Positions 32,370-41,546 of a stretch of DNA of 64,000 nucleotides are shown here, one piece after another (positions within the stretch are counted from its first letter, which is position 1; every line of letters starts with the position of its first letter). A program made the position numbers and the translations under genes. The DNA is taken from NCBI GenBank assembly GCA_964577565.1, contig CAZNZL010000002.1:10054-74053 (forward strand). The letters run 5' to 3'. The notes beneath the pieces were generated by a model. The model was given only the letters and a program-made list of their open reading frames with translations. It made no database searches and had not been told where the DNA came from. This DNA comes from an uncultured Candidatus Saccharibacteria bacterium. GTDB lineage: Bacteria; Patescibacteriota; Saccharimonadia; Saccharimonadales; JAGQNJ01.

Positions 32370-33003
32370 CGGTTGCTCCTTCGGTGGTTGCTGGTGCTTG
32401 GCTTTGAGCGGTTAGGTCTTGCTTAACCTGGGTTAGGGTCGGTTTAATGACGTTGTTTACGTAGCTCCGAATTTCAGCTACTTCTGTTATGAGTTTGGCA
32501 TTTTGCGTGCGAGCTTCTTGCAAGCCAGCTTTAAGAGCAAGCGGGTCTGTAGCACATTCTACCTCTGCCGAATCTTCAACAGCTTGTTTATAGGTTGCGA
32601 CATCTGCATTAAAGGCTTTGATTTTGGCATCGAGTTCTTTAATTTGCCCTTCGAGTTTCTCTGTACTAATACTCTTTTCTTTTAAGGCAGCGTCAAGTTT
32701 GTTCAAACGATCAAGTACATTTTCATAAGCTTTGGTGCGCTTTTCTTGAGCCGCAGTAATACGAGCCTGTAGCCCTTTTAGTACCGTTTGCGATACGCTA
32801 CAGCGCAGCTTCAAGCGGTTTAACTCCGCCTGGCTTGGCGGCGTGCTTACCTTGTTTTTATAACCCTCAACACGTTGTTGCAACGTGCTTTGCTGAGCAT
32901 ATACCTGGCTATCTAAACTAACGGTTTGCGCCAAAAAAACAGGAACAATAATACTTAGTGGAAGCAGGAGCGCAATGATCAGTACTTTTACTTTTTTATT
33001 CAT
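32356..33003 (-). CDS. Secreted coiled-coil protein (215 aa)
   Basis: Signal peptide and heptad-rich sequence. Confidence 0.6.
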   Translation of the reverse strand: MNKKVKVLIIALLLPLSIIVPVFLAQTVSLDSQVYAQQSTLQQRVEGYKNKVSTPPSQAELNRLKLRCSVSQTVLKGLQARITAAQEKRTKAYENVLDRLNKLDAALKEKSISTEKLEGQIKELDAKIKAFNADVATYKQAVEDSAEVECATDPLALKAGLQEARTQNAKLITEVAEIRSYVNNVIKPTLTQVKQDLTAQSQAPATTEGATDATQ

Positions 33004-33042
33004 ATCAAAACAAAAACTACCTTAAGCACTATTGTAGCACAA

Positions 33043-33852
33043 TCATGCAAGTTGGTAGTACTGATTTTTCTTTATAATAAGCCCCTCTTTTTGAAGGTCG
33101 GCCAGCACTACTGTCAGCCTTTCATCATTAAACAGTTGTTTCATCTGGTTAAGTGTTGTGCCGCCGTCAAGCAACAAACGCAACACCGTGGCGCGCAATT
33201 GGCGGCGCGAGCCATGAAAAGCTGTCTGCTTAACATAGTGGCGGCTGCGCCTACTAATGTTGCCATGCCGAGCCTTCAGTTGCGTGCCGTAATCCATTAA
33301 CCGCCAGTACCACCTGCGCGGGTTACGCTGATCTATAGTTAGTTCAAGCAGGGGAATCAACTGCTTATCTTCAATGCCTGTTTGATCGTTGAAAAAGTGG
33401 TGAATGTAAACTGTTCTAATGTTTGTTTCAATAAAAACCTCTGGTAGGTTATAAGCGTACACGCAAATTGCAGCCGCCGTATTGTGGCCAATGCCCGGCA
33501 GGGTTTGCAACTCTTGAACTGTCCGAGGCAGCACACCGCTCATCGTACTGGCGACTACTTTTGCAGTATCAAGTATAAATTTTGCCCGACGGTTATAGCC
33601 CAAGCCATTCCACACCGCCAAGACGTCACTAAACGTAGCTGCTGCCAAACGCTCAATAGTAGGAAAGGCCGCCAGAAATTGCTCGTATTTTGGAATCACC
33701 CGCGGCACCTGCGTTTGCTGCAGCATAATCTCTGATATCCAAATTTTATACGGGTTAAACGAGCCACCTACTTCAGGACGACGCCACGGCAAGTCTCGCA
33801 AAGGCGTTTCTTGCACTGTTTTAATAAAATCCGTCACACCAGCTTCGGTCAC
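33043..33852 (-). CDS. HhH-GPD DNA glycosylase, MutY-like, lacking the Fe-S cysteine cluster
   Basis: LPWRR...PYKIWISEIMLQQTQV...WNGLGYNRRAKF...LPGIGHNTAAAI. No CX6CX2CX5C motif is visible. Confidence 0.75.
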   Translation of the reverse strand: MTEAGVTDFIKTVQETPLRDLPWRRPEVGGSFNPYKIWISEIMLQQTQVPRVIPKYEQFLAAFPTIERLAAATFSDVLAVWNGLGYNRRAKFILDTAKVVASTMSGVLPRTVQELQTLPGIGHNTAAAICVYAYNLPEVFIETNIRTVYIHHFFNDQTGIEDKQLIPLLELTIDQRNPRRWYWRLMDYGTQLKARHGNISRRSRHYVKQTAFHGSRRQLRATVLRLLLDGGTTLNQMKQLFNDERLTVVLADLQKEGLIIKKNQYYQLA

Positions 33853-33884
33853 ATAACTACAGTAGCACGCCCTACCTTAGTATT

Positions 33885-34115
33885 TTAGGGCTGCAGTTTA
33901 TCAATCTCGGCGGCCAAGGCCCGATCTTTATCGCTTACGCCGCCTTGGTCATGTGTTGTTAGCGTTACGACTACCTTGCCCCACGCTAAAAAGATGTCGG
34001 GGTGGTGATTATGCGCCTCGGCCAGCTCACCAATCTTGTTTACAAACGCCAAGGCAGACGAAAAATCAGCGAACTTAAACTCTTTAACTAGACTATCATT
34101 CTCTTCTCGCCACAT
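33885..34115 (-). CDS. 4a-hydroxytetrahydrobiopterin dehydratase (PCD/DCoH)
   Basis: The HHPDI...W.KV...LTTHD.GGVS motif is typical of the family. Confidence 0.85.
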   Translation of the reverse strand: MWREENDSLVKEFKFADFSSALAFVNKIGELAEAHNHHPDIFLAWGKVVVTLTTHDQGGVSDKDRALAAEIDKLQP

Positions 34116-34138
34116 ATCTAATCCCCCTATGTCATTTA

Positions 34139-34723
34139 TTATAGCTGCTCAAGCCTATAAGATATCATCGGAAACGCCCCGCTGCCGTGAAATATATTAA
34201 TTGCATCCTTGAGCCCAGACAGGCACAACGGTCCGCTATCTCCGAGTTTATGTAGGTACTGCGCTCCTTCTGTGGTATGTGCCGGCACAGCTGAATGAAC
34301 AACTCTAAACTCCATATCGTGATAACCTCTACCTATATTGACTATATGATCCTGGCTCGTATCGCTTGGATCAACCGGGCGGTCGCCCGATTCGTCAACT
34401 ACTTTATAATGACCCGTCGCCAGCCGCTCTGCTAAGCTGGCATCATCCATAAGTACTGCAAACCATGTGCAATCAAAGGGGAGTTTACTTCTGGCGATTT
34501 GTTTGCCACCCCGTAATGCTTGATGTACTTTGTCAGGTAGCTCTTCGTCTAAAAATGCTACAACCTCACCATTAACCCTGATACCCTCAATTGAAAAAAT
34601 ACCTGCAGGAACCCTACCATTGTGTACGGGGTTACCAAACACCTGAGACGAATGTTTGCGGTCATGCCCAAATTCTAAATACCTTTTTGGCATAGCACCA
34701 CTGTACCGTTTTTCTGTTTCCAT
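34139..34723 (-). CDS. Hypothetical protein (194 aa)
   Basis: Long ORF with no recognisable motif. Confidence 0.6.
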   Translation of the reverse strand: METEKRYSGAMPKRYLEFGHDRKHSSQVFGNPVHNGRVPAGIFSIEGIRVNGEVVAFLDEELPDKVHQALRGGKQIARSKLPFDCTWFAVLMDDASLAERLATGHYKVVDESGDRPVDPSDTSQDHIVNIGRGYHDMEFRVVHSAVPAHTTEGAQYLHKLGDSGPLCLSGLKDAINIFHGSGAFPMISYRLEQL

Positions 34724-34927
34724 GCAAGCATAAGAATCATATACTTAACTTGTTAACTATTAACATGTTAAGTATTTAATATGATAATAAGGGAGAGCAG
34801 CCCGAGCAAACTTAAAAACAGCTAGCCTTTTGTGTTTTGTATTCTACTAGGCGCTAGCGAAGCACGGAAAGAAACGTATGGCATAATACGTTGACTGAGT
34901 ACTAGAGCTAGCAACGACGTAGAATGC

Positions 34928-34975
34928 AAAAAGTGATGACAGAGCGATGAGCTTTGCTCAACGGCAGGTCATCAC
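34928..34975 (-). terminator. Probable intrinsic terminator of gene 34987-36672
   Basis: gtgatgac (34933-34940) pairs with gtcatcac (34968-34975) and encloses an inner tgagc/gctca stem. Five A at 34928-34932 give a U-run on the minus strand. Confidence 0.5.
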
Positions 34976-34986
34976 GGCACAAATGG

Positions 34987-36672
34987 CTAGTAATAGTACC
35001 AGCGGTCAACGCTGCCCACATTGGTTACATCGGTAATCTTCTTCGGCTCGCCACCCTCTAAACTTACCGCATAATCGGCTGTTTCTTGGGGACTATTAAT
35101 ACGATATACTACCGTGTTTTTACTCATCCAGCGTATTGGGTAGGTTAAGCCGCTTTGGCTTTGAATAACCTTTTCTTCTTTAGCCTCGGTGTCATATGCA
35201 ACGAGCGCCCCTTTGCCGTCTCGCTGATCAACCCACAGGCTTTGCTTGTTTTCTGGACCGTTGGCGTAAACACGGGTCATCTGCACGGGTGGCGGCCCGC
35301 CAGCAGCCAAAACCCGGCTCTCATTCATGAGAAACTCATACCAGTCGTTTTGCACAGCAAAGCTTAATTTGTCGTAGCCGGTCCTATAAATACTCCAAAC
35401 CTCTTGGTCAATAATTTCTTTGTGGTTCTCGCCATTAGCTGCCACCTTATAAAAACCAACCGGTCCATCTTGGTACGCTGCTGACGGCGCGTAATAGATG
35501 TCGTTGTTTATCATTTGCACATCATTAAAGTAGTTGCTTTTGGCAATTTCTTTTGATTGATCTGTTTCGTAGTTGTAGGTTATAAGGCGGTGTCGATCAG
35601 GCTTAGAAGCGCTGGCGCCAGCCGCAATTTTAACGTACACGAGCTGATCACCCGACCAACCGATAATCTGTACGCGCTCTGACTTATCTAGCGGCGTGGT
35701 AATCACCTCGTCGGTCGAGACATCAATGATGGTTAAGGTACTGAGTAAAAAGCCGTCGCTATTGCGAACATTCTCTCTGGTAGAAACCAATGCTGCCAGA
35801 TTACGTTCTGGGTGCGATACGAGCACCATATCTTCGCGCTCATTGCCTGTACCGCTCAAGACAAGTTCTTCATTCTTGCCGTCAACGTCGATTTTATAAA
35901 CGTCAAATTTGCCAGACCGTTTACTGACAAACAGGTGCTTGCGCTCAGGTGCCATTGCCACGTTTTGTGTCTCTTTGTTTTCGGTTAATTGGTCGATTTT
36001 TTCTTCACGGTAACCGTCTGCTTTAATAAAAACTTCTATGCTGTCCTCGCCCGGCTCGTCGATAGTCAAAACCACGCGCCCCTCCTGGTTTGAGAAAGCG
36101 CTGTATTCACCGCTGTACGCCTCGGCTTTATCTATGGGCTTGCCAGACAGAAAATCTTTAACATCAAAGCTGTATTGAACACCCACGGGTTTTAGCTTTA
36201 CCTCGCCCAGCGGATTGCTGCCCCAGCCCAACGTAACGTTTTGTGTAAACTCTGCAAACGCCCGCTTATTAATTTTTAGCTGGGTTGAGCCCAGTTTAAT
36301 GTGCTCGATTGTAGCTACACCGTCGTCATCAGTTTTAGCTTCTATGCCGCGTAAAGAAACGTTAACATTTTTTAGCGGCTGCCCCGTGCTTTCGTCTATA
36401 ACCTTAAGGCTGGTCGAGCTCCTAACGCCTACGTTATTCAAAATGAAGTAGCGCGAATACGGAATAGTCATCAGTAACACTAAAACAGCAACGGTACTTG
36501 CCAGCAGCATTTTACGCTTTTTGGGGTTTTGCCATAAAGCTTTGATTTTATCTTTAAAGCCTTTTGGTTTTTCGCGCACAGGAATAACTTTTCGTGGCGA
36601 TTCATCCATACTATTTCCGACATCTTCAAGCAGGTTATCGTCTGTATCTAGGTTTTTATTATCTTCTGGCAT
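34987..36672 (-). CDS. Membrane-anchored extracytoplasmic protein with carboxypeptidase-regulatory-like and TolB-like beta-propeller regions (561 aa)
   Basis: N-terminal TM helix. LKVIDESTGQPLKNVNVSL resembles a CarboxypepD_reg domain. The C-terminal half has PD40/WD40-like repeat character. The assignment is tentative. Confidence 0.65.
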   Translation of the reverse strand: MPEDNKNLDTDDNLLEDVGNSMDESPRKVIPVREKPKGFKDKIKALWQNPKKRKMLLASTVAVLVLLMTIPYSRYFILNNVGVRSSTSLKVIDESTGQPLKNVNVSLRGIEAKTDDDGVATIEHIKLGSTQLKINKRAFAEFTQNVTLGWGSNPLGEVKLKPVGVQYSFDVKDFLSGKPIDKAEAYSGEYSAFSNQEGRVVLTIDEPGEDSIEVFIKADGYREEKIDQLTENKETQNVAMAPERKHLFVSKRSGKFDVYKIDVDGKNEELVLSGTGNEREDMVLVSHPERNLAALVSTRENVRNSDGFLLSTLTIIDVSTDEVITTPLDKSERVQIIGWSGDQLVYVKIAAGASASKPDRHRLITYNYETDQSKEIAKSNYFNDVQMINNDIYYAPSAAYQDGPVGFYKVAANGENHKEIIDQEVWSIYRTGYDKLSFAVQNDWYEFLMNESRVLAAGGPPPVQMTRVYANGPENKQSLWVDQRDGKGALVAYDTEAKEEKVIQSQSGLTYPIRWMSKNTVVYRINSPQETADYAVSLEGGEPKKITDVTNVGSVDRWYYY

Positions 36673-36922
36673 GATTCCTCTAGCGGTTATTATACCCTAT
36701 GTGTTATGAAGTCATAGCTAACGAATATCCTCCTGAGGATATTGATCTATAAATCTGCCTCGTCAATACCGGGCAGAACACCTGGCAGGTTATTTTTATT
36801 AGGATCACTAGACCCCAACGTGAGTGCAACAATGCATAGAGCCGTAATTACTATAGGTATGAACCGCAGAGATATGTATACTATTACTGTAAAAGTTAAC
36901 ATAATCGGGAAGAAAAATTTTC

Positions 36923-39907
36923 ATGGGTAGGAAATTCAAAAAGAAACAGATCCTCTTGATTTTAGTGATTTCATTTTTGTTTTCTAGTAGCTTATTTAAC
37001 CTCGGGAGCCCGAAAGTACATGCTGCCAGTGGTATTGTCATCAACGAAATTATGTATAATCCTCTCTCTGATAATGGCGATGATGAATTTTTAGAATTAC
37101 ATAACCCGACCGACTCTAGTGTAGATATTAGCGGTTGGTGTTTTACTGAAGGTATAACGGTGTGTTTTGACGATAACACCAGTATTGAGGCAAATGGATA
37201 TCTTGTTATATCACCTAACGCCGACCAAACCCAAATATCATATGGAGTAACCCCTTCAGCTATTTATACCGGCAGCCTGTCTAATGGTGGCGAGACTCTA
37301 ACGCTGCGTAACACCGCAAATGAGATAGAGGATTCGGTTACGTACGATGACGCTAGTCCTTGGCCGCTTTCACCCGATGGTTCAGGCCCCTCGCTCGAAC
37401 TTAAAGAGGCAGCTCTAGACAATTCGCAGGCCGCTTCTTGGGGCGCAAGCCTTTCAAACGGTGGTACGCCTGGTGAGATTAACAGTTTGACCGGCACAGA
37501 ATTGCCCACTATTTCAACTATGTCGAAACCATCTAATGTCCAGGCAAGTGATTCGCCGACAATAACAGTAATGGTAGATAATGCAACATCTGTGAGTCTC
37601 GTGTATCGCGTAGGGTTTGAGGCAGAAACAACACTTGATATGTATGATGATGGCTTGCACGGGGATGGTATATCAGGTGATGGAATATATGGTGCCGAGA
37701 TCCCTGCTCAAACTGCGAGGAGCTTGGTTCGCTATAAAGTAACCGCTACAAATGATGATGGAGTGGTCTCAAAGCCCAGTGCAGATGAGTCGATCAACTA
37801 TGAAGGCTATATTATCAAAGACCCCTCCCTTACCAGTTCTGCTCCAATTCTAGAGTGGTTCATTACGGACGATGATTATGATGACCTTATCGCAACCCCT
37901 GATGATCAAAAAATTTATTTTCCCGCTGTAGTCGCATATGGTGATCAAGTATTTGATAACTCTGAAATCCGTCTAAAGGGGGAGTATTCACGTACTTTTC
38001 CTAAAAAACCATTTAAAGTAAAGCTACCGTCTGGCCACAAGGTTGAGATACCAGGTTCTTTTGATGTTCCGGTTAGTGAGTTTCACTTAAATTCTGAGCT
38101 TGCGAGCAACGAATACATTCTATCGCTTATAAGTTGGCGAGCATTCGAATATGCTGGCTTTCCCGTGCCACAACGTACTAAGATACAGCTTCAGCGTAAC
38201 GGCCAATTCGAGGGTGCATATACGATGACTGAAAAATATGATACCGAATGGTTTGCTCGCCACGAAGATTATCAGAATGATGAAGTGTACGAAGACTGGG
38301 GCGAGAAGGTTCAACCTGAAGACGGCAACACAGCCAACCGTGACGACTGGAAGACTAATTTAACCACCTTAACCGGTGATGCAAAACGCAACTATCTTCT
38401 AGATAACCAAGACATTGCTAACACCATTAACTATATGGCGGTATCAGCTGCGATTCGGAGCCACGACTGGAGCGCTGAGTCTAATCACTTCTCGTTTAAG
38501 GATGTAGATGGTACCGGCAGGTGGCGCTTCTTGCCATGGGATCTTGATTTGACATTCACAAACATTGGGATGACCTTAGATCCACCAGTACAAGGCTACG
38601 GATATATGATTGACCCCTATGATACGGTGTCGTATATCACACCAGAAAGTCGCTTTCATGTTACGGCTATATGGGATGATCCAATACTTAAGCAAATGTA
38701 TTTGCGGCGTGTTCGAACATTGATAGATGCATTTTACACTCAAGGTAGACTTGAGCAATGGATTGATGAAGAATTTGCAATCGCAGAAGATCCTGCAAAT
38801 TTAGATTACGAATTATGGTTTGATTATGAAAATGGTCCAGGCAGCGTTTATGATCAAGTACGATCATTTATGCCAGGCTTAGGACTCGACCCAGATAATC
38901 CTGCTGATTGTGTAACTGTTTTTCAATCATTTTTACCATTCATTGACTTCAGTGAGCTTCCCGACCCGATAACTGCAATTGAGCCTCTTACCCCCGCAAA
39001 TAGAGCGTACATTCTTAAACAGAAATTGCTGATACAGCTCGAAAAATACAATACTATCTATTTGCAAAATAACTTACTTGTACCCTCGGCTACAAAGAAT
39101 ACCGTTGTAATTAACGAGATTATGTATAATCCAGCAGGTGGCAGTGAACATGAATTCATAGAACTCCACAACCCTCACGATGAAGCAATTGACATGTCGG
39201 GCTGGAAACTTAACACTGGTAGCGATTTTATCTTCCCTGGTGGTAGCGTAGTACCTGCAAACGGTTATGCCTTAGTCGTGAAGAACGACCCAGCATTTAG
39301 AAGCCATTATGGTGGCGGAAAGCTGATTTTCGGGCAGTTTAATGATACCTTATCAAATACCGGAGAGACCATCACCTTAAAGCGAGCCGATAACTCGACT
39401 GTAAGCAACGTATCGTACGGTATCAGCGGATCTTGGCCAGCCTCCGCGGCCAACCAAGGCCGAAGCCTCAATCTACGCAATAGCGACAAAAATCAATCTG
39501 AAGCATGCTCCTGGGCGCCAAGCAGCAGCAATGACGGCTCGCCCGGTGCTACAAATAGCATTGACGATACGTGGAGCCCGGTGGCCTGCAACCCAGCAAC
39601 TGAGACGATCACCAATCCAGTTGGCACTGTAATAAGTACCCTTAAGCGAACCAGTCTCGCGTTTGCACATATAGTAACGTCTGCGGGGATGTCGGAAGAA
39701 ACGCCAACAACGGAAGAAACTATTTCATTTGATAAGCGTACAGGGAACACAATACCCAAACCACATGAAGATACTACACACGCAATCGATCAGAAGAAAA
39801 AGAACTCTATCTTAAAGCCCATCGTAATCATCTGTGGGTCAATCGGTGGTATAGGATTGTTGTTGTTTATTAGTAGTAAAGCAGCCATGTTCCGTAAACC
39901 CGGATAA
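36923..39907 (+). CDS. CotH kinase family protein flanked by two lamin-tail domains, with a C-terminal TM anchor (994 aa)
   Basis: LTD signature twice (IVINEIMYNP...DEFLELHNPTDSSVDISGW and VVINEIMYNPAGGSEHEFIELHNPHDEAIDMSGW). CotH-like core (SEIRLKGEYSRTFPKKPFKVKLP). Signal peptide and terminal TM helix. Confidence 0.85.
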   Translation: MGRKFKKKQILLILVISFLFSSSLFNLGSPKVHAASGIVINEIMYNPLSDNGDDEFLELHNPTDSSVDISGWCFTEGITVCFDDNTSIEANGYLVISPNADQTQISYGVTPSAIYTGSLSNGGETLTLRNTANEIEDSVTYDDASPWPLSPDGSGPSLELKEAALDNSQAASWGASLSNGGTPGEINSLTGTELPTISTMSKPSNVQASDSPTITVMVDNATSVSLVYRVGFEAETTLDMYDDGLHGDGISGDGIYGAEIPAQTARSLVRYKVTATNDDGVVSKPSADESINYEGYIIKDPSLTSSAPILEWFITDDDYDDLIATPDDQKIYFPAVVAYGDQVFDNSEIRLKGEYSRTFPKKPFKVKLPSGHKVEIPGSFDVPVSEFHLNSELASNEYILSLISWRAFEYAGFPVPQRTKIQLQRNGQFEGAYTMTEKYDTEWFARHEDYQNDEVYEDWGEKVQPEDGNTANRDDWKTNLTTLTGDAKRNYLLDNQDIANTINYMAVSAAIRSHDWSAESNHFSFKDVDGTGRWRFLPWDLDLTFTNIGMTLDPPVQGYGYMIDPYDTVSYITPESRFHVTAIWDDPILKQMYLRRVRTLIDAFYTQGRLEQWIDEEFAIAEDPANLDYELWFDYENGPGSVYDQVRSFMPGLGLDPDNPADCVTVFQSFLPFIDFSELPDPITAIEPLTPANRAYILKQKLLIQLEKYNTIYLQNNLLVPSATKNTVVINEIMYNPAGGSEHEFIELHNPHDEAIDMSGWKLNTGSDFIFPGGSVVPANGYALVVKNDPAFRSHYGGGKLIFGQFNDTLSNTGETITLKRADNSTVSNVSYGISGSWPASAANQGRSLNLRNSDKNQSEACSWAPSSSNDGSPGATNSIDDTWSPVACNPATETITNPVGTVISTLKRTSLAFAHIVTSAGMSEETPTTEETISFDKRTGNTIPKPHEDTTHAIDQKKKNSILKPIVIICGSIGGIGLLLFISSKAAMFRKPG

Positions 39908-40003
39908 ATTGACCAGGTAGACGTATCGAGTATAGTTTATACAATTCGTAATAAAACAGTGAGCTCCTTACTGCTTCGGTATGGAAACTACGAGAGGCTG
40001 ACG

Positions 40004-40141
40004 TTAAGAATTAACGGGACTTTTTACCGCGCTTCGCTGCTTTGATACTCGTTTTTCAACAAGCGAGTCTAGTTGCTGCCAATATGAGCTATCGAATGCC
40101 GAGTCTTCAATCTCAATTAATACTGCTTTTTTGAATTTCAT
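40004..40141 (-). CDS. Small hypothetical protein (45 aa), below the ORF-track cut-off
   Basis: AAGGAGG lies 5 nt upstream of the ATG at 40141, which is 10 nt after the aspS stop codon. MKFKKAVLIEIEDSAFDSSYWQQLDSLVEKRVSKQRSAVKSPVNS. Confidence 0.35.
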   Translation of the reverse strand: MKFKKAVLIEIEDSAFDSSYWQQLDSLVEKRVSKQRSAVKSPVNS

Positions 40142-40150
40142 ACTGCCTCC

Positions 40151-41461
40151 TTATGGCGCTAACCTGTTAATATCGCGGGGGAATAGGCTTGCTTCTTTGA
40201 CGTTATTAAACCCGATTAGCTTTTGCGTTAATCGTTCGAGGCCCAAGCCAAAGCCACCGTGTGGCGGCATGCCATATTTCATAGCGGTCAAAATGGGCAT
40301 AAACCCGGGGTCATTCGGGTCACCGCCGGCAAGCTCTTTAAGCTGCCTTACCACGACATCATAGTTATGCTCGCGCATACTAGCAGTCACAATTTCGACA
40401 CCGCGGAACAGCAAATCAACCCGGTCTGCCAGTTGTGGATTTTTGTCGTTTGCTTTGTGATAAAACTTCATCTCACCCGCTGGCCACTCGCTCACAAACA
40501 CGGCTTCACTGCCCAAATTTTTCTTGGCGTATTCACAAATCCATCGTTCTTCGTCAGGACGAAGGTCTTTTTCACCTAGCGTGTTTTCATTCATGGCTTT
40601 TGAATATTTCTCATGAATTTCTGCCATGGTTAATACGGGAATGTTTTTAGGCAACACCGGCTTGGTTGCATTCCAGCGCTTTAGGTCAGCCTCATGTTTA
40701 CCCCAAGCGTCATCCACTACCGCATTAAGTAAGCCGCTTAAAAAGTTTTGTAAGTCTTCGAGCGTAATAAAGCCCAGCTCACCATCAACCGAAATATATT
40801 CAGTCATGTGACGTGTCGTAGCACTTGGCTCGGCACGGTACACGGGTGCAATCTCAAACACACGTTCAAAAACCCCCACCATAATTTGCTTATAAAACTG
40901 AGGGCTCTGCGCCATCGTTGCTGTTTTACCAAAATAGTCCATCTTAAAGACTTCTGCCCCGCCCTCGGTTGGCTCGGCAAGCAATTTTGGAGTGCGGATT
41001 TCAGTAAAATTATGCTCGTTAAAGTACGCCCTCATAGCGGTAACAATGCTTGACTGAATCTTAAAGACAGCTTGTTCTTGCAAATTGCGCAGCCCAATAA
41101 CTCGGTTATCAAACAACGTGTCAAGATGTTCCGATTTGTGGCTGAGCGGCTTATCAATCTCTATTGGAGGCTCCTCGGTCACCGGTACCAAAACGGTTAC
41201 CTTGGGGTCATGAATTTCTGCCCCGCCTGGGGCACGTTCTTCCTTTACGACCTTACCGTGCACTTCAAGCACCGTGCCAATTTGCAGCCCGCGTAATTTT
41301 TCTACCTCGTTTTTGTCTTCTACTACTACCTGCGTCAGGCCCCCGCGGTCACGAACATTAATAAAATTTATGGCACCTAATTGTCGTTTTTTATGAAGCC
41401 AGCCTTTAATGGTTGCTTCTTTGCCAATTTGTTTTGTGATTTCGCCACTTAAAATCCTCAC
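40151..41461 (-). CDS. aspS: Aspartate--tRNA ligase, archaeal/type-2 form
   Basis: 436 aa. N-terminal OB fold, QSPQFYKQ motif, YRAEPSATTRH (motif 2) and GGFGLGLERL (motif 3). Confidence 0.9.
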   Translation of the reverse strand: MRILSGEITKQIGKEATIKGWLHKKRQLGAINFINVRDRGGLTQVVVEDKNEVEKLRGLQIGTVLEVHGKVVKEERAPGGAEIHDPKVTVLVPVTEEPPIEIDKPLSHKSEHLDTLFDNRVIGLRNLQEQAVFKIQSSIVTAMRAYFNEHNFTEIRTPKLLAEPTEGGAEVFKMDYFGKTATMAQSPQFYKQIMVGVFERVFEIAPVYRAEPSATTRHMTEYISVDGELGFITLEDLQNFLSGLLNAVVDDAWGKHEADLKRWNATKPVLPKNIPVLTMAEIHEKYSKAMNENTLGEKDLRPDEERWICEYAKKNLGSEAVFVSEWPAGEMKFYHKANDKNPQLADRVDLLFRGVEIVTASMREHNYDVVVRQLKELAGGDPNDPGFMPILTAMKYGMPPHGGFGLGLERLTQKLIGFNNVKEASLFPRDINRLAP

Positions 41462-41546
41462 GCTGTCTCCTGACTACCTACTGCAATTACTAAAAACTAT
41501 GGTACCTATTGTAACATTTACCCTGTTATGAACATACTTGTTATGG

